From assembly GCA_964472415.1 (NCBI GenBank), contig CAYYLC010000003.1:96075-160074 (forward strand): a stretch of DNA of 64,000 nt. The letters run 5' to 3'. Shown in pieces: positions 1-12,398 of the stretch (position 1 is the first letter of the stretch; every line of letters starts with the position of its first letter). Position numbers and translations under genes: made by a program. Origin of the DNA: an uncultured Gammaproteobacteria bacterium. GTDB lineage: Bacteria; Patescibacteriota; Microgenomatia; Levybacterales; GWA1-39-11. The notes beneath the pieces were generated by a model. The model saw only the letters and a list, made by a program, of their open reading frames with translations, did not search any database and was not told the origin of the DNA.

Positions 1-999
1 CTTTGCAAGATGTGCAATTTTTGCAACAAGCACCGATTTGTTTACTTGATAAGGAAGTTGTGTAATGATGATTGCGCTCTTGCCTTGCCCAATTTCTTCG
101 ATATTTGCGATACCACGAATAATAATCTTTCCACGTCCAGTTTGATATGTATTAACTATTTCTGTTTGATCATAAATTGCTCCACCTGTTGGAAAATCTG
201 GTCCCTTTATAAATTCTAGAAGCTCATCGATTGTGACATTTGATGTTAGCGTTACTTTTTTACTGAGATAGTCCCCTTCCTCGATTGTTTGATAGGCAGG
301 CGTTTGCGCATCATTTGCCTCCCTCTCTTCCTCTTCAGCAATCTCATTAGCTGCTTCTTTCGGACTCTCTGCGTCTACCGTAATTTCTGCATTAAATTCA
401 GTTTTTGTGATCGTATATAGTACTGCATCCACTACCTCGCCCAGATTATGAGGTGGGATTTTTGTGGCCATACCGACTGCGATTCCTTCAGATCCAGAGA
501 GTAAAAGGTTTGGAATTTTTGCTGGCAGATACATTGGTTCTTTCATGGTGCCATCAAAATTATCGGTAAACTCTACCGTTTCTTTTTCTAAATCTTGGAG
601 CATTTCCATGGCAAGTGGCATGAGTTTTGCCTCAGTGTAACGCATAGCGGCTGGTGGATCTCCATCTACTGAGCCGAAGTTTCCTTGGCCGTTTACAAGC
701 GGATATCGCATGGAGAAATCTTGCGCGAGACGCACTAATGCATCGTAGATTGGGCCATCTCCATGCGGATGATATTTTCCCATTGCTTCTCCGACGATCT
801 TAGCGCTCTTTGCAAATTTCGCCTGTGGAGAAAGATTCATATCAGACATCGCATATAAAATTCTGCGGTGTACCGGTTTTAATCCATCACGAATATCAGG
901 AAGTGCACGAGAGACGATAACACTCATCGCATAGTCTAGATATGCTTTTTTCGCCTCTTTTGCGATCTCAACTACTTCTAGTTTTCCAATATCTTGCAT
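1..999 (-). CDS. gyrA: DNA gyrase subunit A, N-terminal part (runs off the window edge)
   Basis: Reverse-complement translation from the ATG at 999-997 gives [51 protein letters not shown]...GKYHPHGD...GQGNFGS, the canonical GyrA N-terminus with the active-site region. There is no stop in the window, so the ORF track does not list it. Confidence 0.9.
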   Translation of the reverse strand, partial: MQDIGKLEVVEIAKEAKKAYLDYAMSVIVSRALPDIRDGLKPVHRRILYAMSDMNLSPQAKFAKSAKIVGEAMGKYHPHGDGPIYDALVRLAQDFSMRYPLVNGQGNFGSVDGDPPAAMRYTEAKLMPLAMEMLQDLEKETVEFTDNFDGTMKEPMYLPAKIPNLLLSGSEGIAVGMATKIPPHNLGEVVDAVLYTITKTEFNAEITVDAESPKEAANEIAEEEEREANDAQTPAYQTIEEGDYLSKKVTLTSNVTIDELLEFIKGPDFPTGGAIYDQTEIVNTYQTGRGKIIIRGIANIEEIGQGKSAIIITQLPYQVNKSVLVAKIAHLAK

Positions 1000-1059
1000 A
1001 TTAATTTAAATAAATACTAGCCAATAGGTAATATGTATTTATTACCTATTTACTATTAT

Positions 1060-1572
1060 CTACTTAGCATTTTTTATTCCGTTTTCGATTTCTTTTACTG
1101 CTGCATCTTTTTCAGCCCAGCCTTTTACTCGTACCCATTTCCCTTCATCCAAATCCTTGTATCGTTCAAAGAAGTGTTTGATTTTATTCTTAATATTTTC
1201 AGGGATGTCGTCTAGATTCGACAAATTTCCATATGTGATATCGCCAGTTACAGCCGGAACCGCAACCACTTTATTATCGAGTCCGCTCTCGTCTTCCATC
1301 TCAAGAAGAGCAATTGGCTTTGCAGCCAAGATTACTCCCGGCATAACAGACTGCTCAGAAAGAATCAGTACATCTACTGGATCTCCGTCTCCGGAAAGTG
1401 TTCCTGGAACGAATCCATAATTACATGGATAATTCATAGTTGTCATTCCAAATCTGTCTACAGCAATCATTCCAGATTCTTTGTCAAATTCGTATTTTAC
1501 ATTTGTGTCCTTAGGGATTTCAATGATAACATTTACTTCCCCAGGCGCCTTTTTTCCGTATGATATCTTCAT
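1060..1572 (-). CDS. ppa: inorganic pyrophosphatase (family I)
   Basis: 170-aa ORF; EIPKDTNVKYEFDKESGMIAVDRF...DGDPVDVLIL match the soluble PPase family. Confidence 0.85.
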   Translation of the reverse strand: MKISYGKKAPGEVNVIIEIPKDTNVKYEFDKESGMIAVDRFGMTTMNYPCNYGFVPGTLSGDGDPVDVLILSEQSVMPGVILAAKPIALLEMEDESGLDNKVVAVPAVTGDITYGNLSNLDDIPENIKNKIKHFFERYKDLDEGKWVRVKGWAEKDAAVKEIENGIKNAK

Positions 1573-1596
1573 GTAAATAAATTCACCTCCTTTTTA

Positions 1597-3576
<1,980 letters not shown>

Positions 3577-3689
3577 TTACCCGTACAAAAGTCAAAGCGT
3601 AAGGTCTAGTTTTTCCTATGCCAATGGGCTAAATGAATGATTATTTTTCTGATTACTATTCTAGAAGAGGATACGCTCAAATGAGCATG

Positions 3690-3760
3690 AAAAAACCACC
3701 TCTTGAATTAACATCACTACTCTACTGAGTAGCAATCCCACGAGTGTGGGAAGAGGTGGT
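3690..3760 (-). terminator. rho-independent terminator (long composite hairpin) downstream of the 3807-4376 gene
   Basis: Inverted repeat ccacctctt (3696-3704) / aagaggtgg (3751-3759) encloses two inner hairpins (ctac-tga-gtag, cccac-gagt-gtggg). On the minus strand it is followed by a T6 run (A6 at 3690-3695 on plus), 47 nt after the stop of the 3807-4376 ORF. Confidence 0.5.
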
Positions 3761-3806
3761 TGGTTTGGAGGAGCGAGTGCGAAGGCGCACAGGATTTTTG
3801 CTCTGT

Positions 3807-4376
3807 TTACGAGCCTGTATGTGTTGATTGCGTGCCTGAGTGCGCAATTGATATGTCTTTGGCGTATGCATCCTCAGCTATCAGTATGCGCTGAACAAGA
3901 TCCTGCCGTAATTCCGATGAAAAATTACCAGAAGAGATTGCTTGGTATGCAGCTTTTATGATAGCCTCAAATGCCTTTTCATGATCTTCGGAGAGATATA
4001 TTCTTCGCTCTACCATTCGTAAGGTTTCATCCCGAGCTCTGCTTACTTGATAATCGTTGTTTGATAGCCAGTCTGGGAAATTACTTACTGTGAAGGAACG
4101 ACCAGGTATCGGAGGTGTGAGAGATGTTTTTAGTATTTTGTCTACTTGGGGCATGATCATGATCCAAAGTAGTACTACTAGCATAGTACCGATAAGATGC
4201 CAGAAAACAAATTCGCTATCTGGCGTGTCTATAATTGTCTTAATTCCGAAGCCACCAAAGAACCATGTCCCTGGAACTATTAGGAAACAGAAGAAGCGTT
4301 TGTTGTTTCTTGCACTTTCTTTTTGCCAATCCATTTGAAGTGATTCAAGTGCACTCATCCTTATTGTTTCTGACAT
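3807..4376 (-). CDS. hypothetical membrane protein (two TM segments plus a cytoplasmic domain)
   Basis: 189-aa ORF with hydrophobic stretches FFCFLIVPGTWFFGGFGI and LIGTMLVVLLWIMIM; followed by a terminator; no recognisable family. Confidence 0.5.
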   Translation of the reverse strand: MSETIRMSALESLQMDWQKESARNNKRFFCFLIVPGTWFFGGFGIKTIIDTPDSEFVFWHLIGTMLVVLLWIMIMPQVDKILKTSLTPPIPGRSFTVSNFPDWLSNNDYQVSRARDETLRMVERRIYLSEDHEKAFEAIIKAAYQAISSGNFSSELRQDLVQRILIAEDAYAKDISIAHSGTQSTHTGS

Positions 4377-4490
4377 TGCTTTCCTCCAATTGTAAATGTT
4401 CTTTTGCGATGGGTATTTCGGCGATTGAAATACGTCACAAGTGCACAGATTATACTAGATTATAGGATTATAAATCAACAAGAATTTTAA

Positions 4491-5693
4491 CTACTGGATT
4501 TGGGAAATGAGGCCATAAATAGGGGTAATTACTGCCATAATTAAGAATGCGACTGAAACTCCGAGTACGATAATGAGGATCGGTTCAATTGCGGTGGTAA
4601 GATTTTTTACTTTTAGATCAAGATCTCTTGCGAAATACTCTGAGACTTTTAGAAGACTTTCATCAATTTTTCCTGTAGCTTCTCCTACTTTCACCATCTG
4701 GACCATGATGGGTGGGAAGACTTTTTGATTCTCGAGCGCCAAAGAAAGTCCTGCGCCCTTTTCCACCATAGTTGCGGCATTGAGAAGGGATGTGCGGTAG
4801 TATACGTTTCCAGAAACATCTGCTGCGATCCTGATGGCAGAAATGAGTGATGAACCGGACGACACAAGGAGTGAGAGAGTCCGTGATATTTCATCAAATG
4901 ATGAGAGTTTGACAATATCTCCGAATACTGGCATTTTGAGTTTTATTTTATCTATTATTTTCACCCCTGCAGGAGTTTTTGAATATTTTCGTAAAAATAT
5001 AGCACCGCTGATTATCCCAATGATAAGGAGCGGAAGAAAGGTCCGGGTAAGGTTTGATGAGGTAACGACGATTTTTGTCATAAGTGGAAGTTCCAGATCG
5101 AGACTTTCGTATAAGTCTCCGAGTTGTGGAATTACAAATATATTCATAAGAATGATTACGACAAATACTCCTGATACGATGATAGCTGGATAGAAAAGTG
5201 CTGATCTGACACGTTTTTTTGTCTCCTCAGACTTTTCCATATTATCAGCAAGACGAACCAAGACTTTATCTAGGAGCCCGCCCTCTTCTGCTGCTTTTAT
5301 GAGAGAAATATATACATTTGAAAAAATTTCATGGTGTCTTTCGAGCGCTTCGGAGAGCGCCCTTCCTTCTGAGATGTCTGCTATTAGCTCATCTATAAGT
5401 TTTTTCATTGTAGGCTTCTCAGCTTGTTTTTGAAGAAGAGTAAGAGATTCTATGAGCGTGAGTCCGGTGAGCGTCATGGAGGAAAGTTGACGGGTAAATA
5501 TCACGATATCAGCATTTGTCACCCGATTAAAATATGACAAAATAGTGGACTGATTTTTCTCTAACGACTCAATCTTTATGGGGGTGAGATTTTTTTTCCG
5601 AAGGTACTCTACTACATCCTTTTCATTGCCTGCCTCGATTTGCCCGATTTGTTTTTTTCCATCAGAAAGTGCTGCTGTGTATTTAAATTCCAT
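4491..5693 (-). CDS. pilC: type IV pilus assembly platform protein PilC (GspF family)
   Basis: 400 aa with two T2SSF-like repeats and three TM regions; sits next to pilT and pilB. Confidence 0.85.
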   Translation of the reverse strand: MEFKYTAALSDGKKQIGQIEAGNEKDVVEYLRKKNLTPIKIESLEKNQSTILSYFNRVTNADIVIFTRQLSSMTLTGLTLIESLTLLQKQAEKPTMKKLIDELIADISEGRALSEALERHHEIFSNVYISLIKAAEEGGLLDKVLVRLADNMEKSEETKKRVRSALFYPAIIVSGVFVVIILMNIFVIPQLGDLYESLDLELPLMTKIVVTSSNLTRTFLPLLIIGIISGAIFLRKYSKTPAGVKIIDKIKLKMPVFGDIVKLSSFDEISRTLSLLVSSGSSLISAIRIAADVSGNVYYRTSLLNAATMVEKGAGLSLALENQKVFPPIMVQMVKVGEATGKIDESLLKVSEYFARDLDLKVKNLTTAIEPILIIVLGVSVAFLIMAVITPIYGLISQIQ

Positions 5694-5694
5694 A

Positions 5695-6774
5695 TTATCC
5701 GAGCAATTTATTGAACAATTCCTGCCTTAAAACATAGCTCTTTGCAATTTCAAGTGTCACAACGCCATTTCGGACAAGTGTAGCAAGAGATGCCTCCATG
5801 GTATTCATCCCAGCATCTGTTGAGGTTTCCAGAATAGAATCTATTAAGTGTGTTTTCGCTTCACGAATATTTGATCTGATAGCATTATTTGCAACAAGAA
5901 TCTCCGTAGCGACAACTCGGGTTCCATTGATGCTTGGGATGAGTCTTTGAGAGATTATGCCAGCGAGTGCTGAGGATAGTTGAATTCGAGCCTGATTTTG
6001 CTGATTTTCCGGGAATGTATCGATAATTCTATCGATGCTTTGAGAGGCAGAATTTGTATGAAGCGTAGAAAATACGAGATGCCCAGTTTCGGCAATGGTG
6101 ATTGCTGATGCGATACTTTCTGGGTCTCGCATTTCCCCAATAACTACCACATTTGGGTCCTCGCGCAAAATACTTTTCAGGGCCTCATTCCATGAGTGGG
6201 TGTCCTGTCCTATCTCACGTTGTGATATGATGCTCTTTCCTTTGGGGTATACATATTCTATTGGATCTTCTATAGTAATAATATTTTCAGACCTCGTCAT
6301 GTTTATCTCATTTACCATTGAAGCGATTGTGGTAGTTTTTCCGTGTCCAGTCGGCCCTGCAATAAGTACAAAGCCTTGACGAAATCCAGAAAATGTGTGG
6401 CATATTTTCGGGAGATGAAGTTCTTCTATTGTTTTGACTGTTGCAGGAAGGAGCCTGAGAGATGCGGCCATTGTGCCTCTTTGGAAAAATGCGTTGATCC
6501 TGAATCGTCCGCGGTCTCCATAGTTCCCATCTCCAAATCCATATGAGAAATCAATACTTCTATTTGCGATGAATATGTCCTTTTGCTGCTCTGTGAGAAG
6601 TTCAAGTATGAGTCGTCGTGTAAGCTCTTTTGGGAGCTCGGGGTAATTCTCAAGCTGACGAAGTAACCCATTGATTCGAAGGATTGGCTTAGATCCTGCG
6701 ACGATATGGAGATCTGATGCATGATTATTAATGGTTTGATTGAGTAAATCGTGAATAGAAATATTTGCTTCCAT
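5695..6774 (-). CDS. pilT: twitching-motility (retraction) ATPase PilT
   Basis: 359 aa; Walker A GPTGHGKTTT, Walker B VVVIGEMRD, GHLVFSTLHTNSA His box; PilT-length protein with no N-terminal GSPII domain. Confidence 0.9.
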   Translation of the reverse strand: MEANISIHDLLNQTINNHASDLHIVAGSKPILRINGLLRQLENYPELPKELTRRLILELLTEQQKDIFIANRSIDFSYGFGDGNYGDRGRFRINAFFQRGTMAASLRLLPATVKTIEELHLPKICHTFSGFRQGFVLIAGPTGHGKTTTIASMVNEINMTRSENIITIEDPIEYVYPKGKSIISQREIGQDTHSWNEALKSILREDPNVVVIGEMRDPESIASAITIAETGHLVFSTLHTNSASQSIDRIIDTFPENQQNQARIQLSSALAGIISQRLIPSINGTRVVATEILVANNAIRSNIREAKTHLIDSILETSTDAGMNTMEASLATLVRNGVVTLEIAKSYVLRQELFNKLLG

Positions 6775-6851
6775 ATTGAGATTAATTTTTAACTATTAGG
6801 TTCAGATTTTCAGATATTTTATAATTTGTATTTATCATAATTTTCACATTG

Positions 6852-8663
6852 TTATTCCTGAGCAACTCGGAGAATCTCATCAATTGTTGTTTGTCCATCG
6901 AGTACTTTCAAATAACCGTCCTGTTTCATTGTGATCATCCCTTCAGCACGGGCTTGCTTCTCAAGAGTTGCACTATCTGCGCGTTGCAAGATAAGCCTTG
7001 CGAGTGCTTCGGAAATGGGCATTACTTCAAAGACTCCAATTCGCCCCAAAAACCCTGAATGTCCGCATTTTTCGCATCCTGTTCCTTTATATAACTTTAC
7101 CGCACTGTCTGCTACTTGTGGCATTAGCTCTCCAAGTATTTTTCTGATTTCTGCAACTATTTCTCGGGGTGGTGTGTAGTTTGTTTTACAATCCGGACAG
7201 ATTTTTCGTGCAATCCTTTGACCAAGGCTTGCGGTGATGGTGGATGCGAGAAGAAATGTTTCTGCTCCCATGTCAATGAGTCGTGGGAGTGCTCCGGCCG
7301 CATTTGAGGTATGAAGTGTAGAGAATACAAGATGTCCAGTAAGCGCAGCTTGAATCGCGAGTTCTGTTGTTTCTTGATCTCGAATTTCTCCTACCAGGAT
7401 AATGTTTGGGTCTTGACGAAGAAATGATCGAAGTCCTGATGCGAAGGTTAGGCCTACTTCAGGGTTTATCTGGACCTGATTAGCTCCATGAATCTGGTAT
7501 TCTATTGGATCTTCAAGCGTGAGGATATTTACTCTTGTAGTGTTAAGTTTTGAAAGTACGGAATACAAAGTGGTAGTTTTCCCTGATCCAGTTGGTCCAC
7601 AGACGAGAATGATTCCGTGCGGTCTAAGGATTGCAGCTTCTAGGGTACGCAAGGATGGACCAGTTAGTCCGAGCTCCTGTAGTGTAGGCACACCGCCCGA
7701 TTTTTTCAAAAGTCGCATGACGATTTTTTCGCCGAACGCTGCAGGGAGTGAGCTAACACGAAGATCTACTTCTTCTTGACCAACTTTGAAATTAAATCTC
7801 CCATCCTGAGGAGTCCTGTGTTCATCAATCTTCATCCCAGATAGAATTTTGATTCGAGAAATTACTGCCTCGCGGACTCCTACTGGGAGCGAGAGCCGTT
7901 CATATAAAATTCCATCAATTCGATATCTTACACGGATTCTATCTGCTTGAGGTTCTATATGAACATCAGAAGCACGACTTTTTACTGCATATTCTAGAAT
8001 TGTTGATACGATTTTTGCGATTGGTGCTTCTTTAATGACTGACGAAATCGTGTCCTTATCAAATGTTTTTACTTTTTGGATTTGCTCGCTTTCTTTGAGT
8101 GCAGCCTTTACTTCTCCAACGAGCCCGAAGCTGTATTGCGTTTGGATTGCATTGTTAATTTCACTCGGTACTCCTTGGAAGGTTTTTATTTGCATTCCGC
8201 TTTTTTGAGAGATAAAGCTAATTGCTTCAAGATCTGAAGGATTACTCATGACAACTGAGAGCATTTTGGTATTTGGATCAATTGCAAATGGAATCAAGCG
8301 AAAACGCTCTGCAACGGATTTTGGAATTGCCCCCAATGCTTCTGGAGAAAATGGAAGTGTCGAAACTGATGCAAATGCTATCCCATATAGTTTGCTTCGG
8401 GCCTCATAATATTGTTCTTCTGGGACAATTTGCGCATCGAGGATAAGTTTGTCGACGGCAATATTTCGCTTTAGCGCCTCAACCTTTAGTTGTTCAACTT
8501 GTTCAGGACGCAAAATCCCATCAACGACCAGAACGTCGCCGACGTTGCGCGTGGCATTTGTGGGGCTATGCGCAGGATTCACGGTTTTGTTTCCCACAGG
8601 ATTATTTTGGGCAGGTTGTTGCACTCTATAATCGTATTCGATAGAATGCTTGCAGTCAACCAT
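6852..8663 (-). CDS. pilB: type IV pilus assembly ATPase PilB (GspE family)
   Basis: 603 aa; N-terminal GSPII-like domain, Walker A GPTGSGKTTT, ILVGEIRD, GHLVFSTLHT, tetracysteine CPDC...CEKCGHSG. Confidence 0.9.
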   Translation of the reverse strand: MVDCKHSIEYDYRVQQPAQNNPVGNKTVNPAHSPTNATRNVGDVLVVDGILRPEQVEQLKVEALKRNIAVDKLILDAQIVPEEQYYEARSKLYGIAFASVSTLPFSPEALGAIPKSVAERFRLIPFAIDPNTKMLSVVMSNPSDLEAISFISQKSGMQIKTFQGVPSEINNAIQTQYSFGLVGEVKAALKESEQIQKVKTFDKDTISSVIKEAPIAKIVSTILEYAVKSRASDVHIEPQADRIRVRYRIDGILYERLSLPVGVREAVISRIKILSGMKIDEHRTPQDGRFNFKVGQEEVDLRVSSLPAAFGEKIVMRLLKKSGGVPTLQELGLTGPSLRTLEAAILRPHGIILVCGPTGSGKTTTLYSVLSKLNTTRVNILTLEDPIEYQIHGANQVQINPEVGLTFASGLRSFLRQDPNIILVGEIRDQETTELAIQAALTGHLVFSTLHTSNAAGALPRLIDMGAETFLLASTITASLGQRIARKICPDCKTNYTPPREIVAEIRKILGELMPQVADSAVKLYKGTGCEKCGHSGFLGRIGVFEVMPISEALARLILQRADSATLEKQARAEGMITMKQDGYLKVLDGQTTIDEILRVAQE

Positions 8664-8674
8664 TTTTAGTATAA

Positions 8675-9313
8675 ATGAGAAGTTTTATTATCACTGGAAG
8701 TAAAAAAAAACGAAATGAATTTATTCAGTCATTTATAGCTGAGGAGGAAATTCTGCCTCACGCAGTTACAGAGTATTCCGAGGATATTAAAATAAAAAAA
8801 GCCAAAGAGATTCGCATGAATCTTTTGCAGAAACACTCAGAAAAACGACTCATCGTAATCAATAGCCCGATAAACCTTCCTTCGCAGAATGCTCTTTTGA
8901 AAAGTTTTGAAGAGTTGCCAAATATGGTTTCTGTAATTATTTCTCTTGATACGTTGAATGGAGTCTTGCAGACAATGCGGTCCAGATTCTTTTTGAAGCA
9001 TTTTCTTGACGAACTATCTGTGGAAGGGCAAGAGGTGCAGCTTGCATATGATGATGTGGGGAGGCGCATTTTGGCTGCAGATAGTTTTCTTACTGCTTTG
9101 GAAGTAGACGCAAAAAGCGCAATAGATGAATTTATAAAATATTACAGGAGAGATTTTTTGAAAACTATAGCGGAGAAAGATGAGAAGATGATACGGTTAC
9201 ATTTGAGTATTTTAAAAAATCTTATAAAAACCTCTCAGCTTGTAAAGTTTAATAATGTAAATCTTCGTCTTGGAGTTGAGGCAAGTATTCTTCCAAAAGC
9301 TATTTTCAAATAA
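8675..9313 (+). CDS. DNA polymerase III delta-prime-like protein with a degenerate P-loop
   Basis: 212 aa; LIVINSPINLPSQNALLKSFEELPNMVSVIISLDTLNGVLQTMRSRF parallels the HolB/tau box VVIIDDAHxLtxxAANALLKTLEEPPxxTvFIL...LPTIxSRC. N-terminal FIITGSKKKRNEF is a degenerate Walker A. Confidence 0.6.
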   Translation: MRSFIITGSKKKRNEFIQSFIAEEEILPHAVTEYSEDIKIKKAKEIRMNLLQKHSEKRLIVINSPINLPSQNALLKSFEELPNMVSVIISLDTLNGVLQTMRSRFFLKHFLDELSVEGQEVQLAYDDVGRRILAADSFLTALEVDAKSAIDEFIKYYRRDFLKTIAEKDEKMIRLHLSILKNLIKTSQLVKFNNVNLRLGVEASILPKAIFK

Positions 9314-9352
9314 GGCTTGACAAAGATTTTTTAATATGATTAGCTAATTTTA

Positions 9353-9925
9353 ATGAAATTATCTGCTCACAAAACTCTGCAAAAAGGTTTCACACTAATC
9401 GAGCTTTTAGTCGTTATTGGAATTTTAGGAATTCTTGCGGCAGCACTTGTTGCAACTATTGACCCATTTGAGCAAATCCAAAAAGGAGAAGATTCAAAGA
9501 TAAAAAACATGGCTGTAGAATTTCATACTGGTCTTGTCCGCTACTACACTACTCATGGATCATTCCCTTGGAATGATGTTAATAGTGATAACACAGATTG
9601 TACCGCACTTGGAGCAGGTGCTATTGATGCACTCACGTTGAATGCAAATGGCATGATTGATTGTCTAGAGGGTTCGAGTTATAGCTTGATAGACGATGGT
9701 GAGCTGAAGGCTGCATTCACCAGTAATGAGAATGATCTTGCAGAGGTTCATGTAAGCTGGGATCCATCAAATGGAAGTGATGTGGTGATATGTTTTGCTC
9801 CGGTATCGAAAGCTCAAAAGGCATCATCTGAAACGAAATATAACGACGATGGAACTGATGCGGATCCAAATGTTTGCCCAGATGCGGATGTAGCTGATGG
9901 TACCTGTTACTGGTGTACTCGATAA
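9353..9925 (+). CDS. pilA: type IV pilin (probable major pilin) with class III signal peptide
   Basis: Leader MKLSAHKTLQKG followed by FTLIELLVVIGILGILAA (prepilin cleavage/methylation motif with E+5); 190 aa; four Cys in the C-terminal half. Confidence 0.8.
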   Translation: MKLSAHKTLQKGFTLIELLVVIGILGILAAALVATIDPFEQIQKGEDSKIKNMAVEFHTGLVRYYTTHGSFPWNDVNSDNTDCTALGAGAIDALTLNANGMIDCLEGSSYSLIDDGELKAAFTSNENDLAEVHVSWDPSNGSDVVICFAPVSKAQKASSETKYNDDGTDADPNVCPDADVADGTCYWCTR

Positions 9926-10701
9926 ACTTGAATCTTCTCTCTTTTTTTCAATATTCTATAATTTTTCTTTTTGGGATTTGCCTAGGAAGCTTTCTGAATG
10001 TTGTGATTGATCGTTTTGCGACGAATCGTTCAGTTCTAAAAGGAAGATCGTATTGCGAGCACTGTAAGAGGACACTCTCAGCTATTGATTTGGTTCCGAT
10101 TTTTTCCTTCCTATTTCTTCAAGGAAAATGTAGATCTTGTAATAAAAAAATCCCACTGAGATTATTTTTGGTGGAACTTTTGGGGGGAGCCACTCTTCTG
10201 TATTTGTTTTACCAGTATTTCTTTTTAAACATAGCAAGTTTTATCGTATTATCAATAATTATTTTCATATTCATTGCAATATTTTTTATTGATTTAGAAT
10301 TTGGAATAATACCTGATAAATTGAGTATTCCTTTGACAATCTTTTCTGTCATATATGTTTTAATTTCTGGGAATAACCTATATATTCATGTGTTTGCGGC
10401 ATTCGGATCACTTCTCTTTTTCATGTGTCTATTTTTTCTTACAAAAGGACGAGGTATGGGGTTTGGGGATGTGAAGATTTCATTTGCGCTTGGCATGATT
10501 CTCGGATTCCCTTTAGTAGTTTATGGTCTTTATTTGGCTTTCTTGACAGGTGCTATAGTCTCAATCATACTGGTATTATGGAAAAAGAAGAGCTTCAAAA
10601 AAAGCACCGTCCCATTCGGACCATTTCTCGTGGGATCCACTCTATTTACCATGTTTTTCTCAGATATTTTTATCCACCCTCTTATAAGAATTCTTTTTTG
10701 A
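9913..10701 (+). CDS. pilD: prepilin peptidase (A24 family)
   Basis: 262 aa; N-terminal CxxC...CxxC zinc motif (CEHCKRTL...CRSCNKKI), multiple TM helices, GFGDVK catalytic aspartate box. Confidence 0.9.
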   Translation: MYSINLNLLSFFQYSIIFLFGICLGSFLNVVIDRFATNRSVLKGRSYCEHCKRTLSAIDLVPIFSFLFLQGKCRSCNKKIPLRLFLVELLGGATLLYLFYQYFFLNIASFIVLSIIIFIFIAIFFIDLEFGIIPDKLSIPLTIFSVIYVLISGNNLYIHVFAAFGSLLFFMCLFFLTKGRGMGFGDVKISFALGMILGFPLVVYGLYLAFLTGAIVSIILVLWKKKSFKKSTVPFGPFLVGSTLFTMFFSDIFIHPLIRILF

Positions 10702-11300
10702 GTTCATTGTTAATTGGTTCACATTTTTCAATTCGTAGTGCTCGATCCCAGAAAGGCTTTACTCTTATAGAGATTATTACTGCACTTGGAGTCTTAGCAG
10801 TTCTTGCCTCAATTGCACTTGTTGTGATTAACCCAGTAGCGCAATTCCAGAAAGCACAAGACGCGAGAAGGAAAAGTGATCTTGCACAAATTCAACGTGC
10901 ATTAGAGGCGTATTATCAAGATTTCGGACAATACCCTTCTTTTACTGGTTGTTGTCAGACAAGTAGCCCTGGAGAATTTCCATTTACCATAAACACTGGC
11001 GAAGGAGATCGAAATGATGCTATTGAGTGGGGAACGACGTGGGCGCCTTATATGGACATACTTCCTGTCGATCCAAATTCAAGCAAATTTTATGTATATT
11101 GGTCGGATGCAAATAACGGATTTCAAACATATAGAATTTATGCATCTTTGGATAGAGGTGACTCAGATCCAGACGCTTGTAATAATGGATTAGCATGTAG
11201 TTCTGTTCCTATCCCGGATGGGTCTTCTGCCCAGCTTACTTGTGGATTATCCGGTCAGATATGTAGTTATGGAGTAACGAGTCCGAATGTTTCACCCTAG
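10698..11300 (+). CDS. GspG/PulG-like pseudopilin; start codon uncertain (no in-frame ATG before the prepilin motif)
   Basis: Prepilin motif RSARSQKG|FTLIEIITALGVLAVLA, then DARRKSDLAQIQRALEAYY (GspG signature). The ORF-track ORF 10425-11300 overlaps pilD in another frame. Only TTG (10698, 10707) or ATT (10731) are available after the pilD stop at 10699-10701. Confidence 0.65.
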   Translation: MSSLLIGSHFSIRSARSQKGFTLIEIITALGVLAVLASIALVVINPVAQFQKAQDARRKSDLAQIQRALEAYYQDFGQYPSFTGCCQTSSPGEFPFTINTGEGDRNDAIEWGTTWAPYMDILPVDPNSSKFYVYWSDANNGFQTYRIYASLDRGDSDPDACNNGLACSSVPIPDGSSAQLTCGLSGQICSYGVTSPNVSP

Positions 11301-11327
11301 GATGGAATATCATGGTATGATAATTAT

Positions 11328-11762
11328 ATGAGAAAAAGAAATGGATTTACCCTCATCGAGCTTCTCGTGGTAATTTCTGTTATTGCTATTTTGACAACAC
11401 TTCTGATGGCAAATTTTGTAGGAATTAGGCAGCGCGGGAGAGACGGTCAGAGAAAATCAAATCTTTATAATATGCAATCTGCCTTAGAGTTGTATCGTGC
11501 GGATGTGGGAGCATATCCTGAAAGTGGTGCATTTCCAGGATGCGGACAGCAACTTGCGAACGGAGATGCCATATATATGCAAGAAGTTCCTTGCGATCCT
11601 ACGGGTGATGAGGTGGATTATGACTATGAAAGTTTAGATGGAATTTCATATATTATTATTGCGTGCTTAGAGAATGAGAATGACTCTGATCGCGATGATG
11701 CGGATATGTATGCTCAGAGTAATTGTGATACCCCAGCATCTTTTACCTTGACAAATCCGTAA
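11328..11762 (+). CDS. GspG-like pseudopilin / minor pilin
   Basis: MRKRNG|FTLIELLVVISVIAILT leader and N-terminal helix, then RQRGRDGQRKSNLYNMQSALELY. Confidence 0.8.
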   Translation: MRKRNGFTLIELLVVISVIAILTTLLMANFVGIRQRGRDGQRKSNLYNMQSALELYRADVGAYPESGAFPGCGQQLANGDAIYMQEVPCDPTGDEVDYDYESLDGISYIIIACLENENDSDRDDADMYAQSNCDTPASFTLTNP

Positions 11763-11811
11763 AAAATTATGGGTTTAGAGTGGAGAATTGGAAATTAGAA
11801 TTACATGAAAA

Positions 11812-12396
11812 ATGGGAATATTACGAAAGAAATTATTACAGATAAAGGATACATTCTCTTCTCGTTTTTTTCAAATCTTAGTTCTTAACTCTCAGCTTCA
11901 AAAAGGCTTTACTATTATTGAGCTTTTGGTAGTGATTACTCTCGTAGGTGTTGTTTCTGGTGTCGGGATATTTTCACTCGTTAATTACGGAAATACTCAG
12001 ACTATTGAACAAGCTGTGAGTAATATAAAAGGGATTTTTGAAGAGGCAAAATTTAATGCTATCTCTTCTGTTCGAATATCTATGGACGATGATGGGCAGG
12101 CGCTTAACTGTGCCGGTGATTTAACATCATATCGTGTAGATATAATTCCTTCGTCAGAAATTCCTGATAGGTTTGTGCTTTTCATGGAATGTGAAGGAGG
12201 ATTTGATCAAGTGAGGACGTATGCTCTGCCGAATAATGTAGACTTAGGGGTTGAAACGACGTGTGATGAGATAACCTATGAATCGGTAGATTTAGTGGCA
12301 TCTGAGCTGAATGGCCTTCCTTGTTATATCGAAGTAGTAGGATTTGGTCAGGAAAAACTGATAGAAATAGATGAGCTTGGAAACGTTAGGATCTAA
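11812..12396 (+). CDS. minor pilin / pseudopilin; true start may lie downstream of the annotated ATG
   Basis: Internal QKG|FTIIELLVVITLVGVVSG prepilin motif preceded by a 31-aa N-terminal extension. Confidence 0.6.
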   Translation: MGILRKKLLQIKDTFSSRFFQILVLNSQLQKGFTIIELLVVITLVGVVSGVGIFSLVNYGNTQTIEQAVSNIKGIFEEAKFNAISSVRISMDDDGQALNCAGDLTSYRVDIIPSSEIPDRFVLFMECEGGFDQVRTYALPNNVDLGVETTCDEITYESVDLVASELNGLPCYIEVVGFGQEKLIEIDELGNVRI

Positions 12397-12398
12397 TA

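Noticed and set aside
10425-10697. N-terminal 91 codons of the ORF-track pilin ORF 10425-11300
   Set aside because: They overlap pilD in another frame. The prepilin cleavage motif sits at codon ~105, so the real start must be just upstream of 10734.
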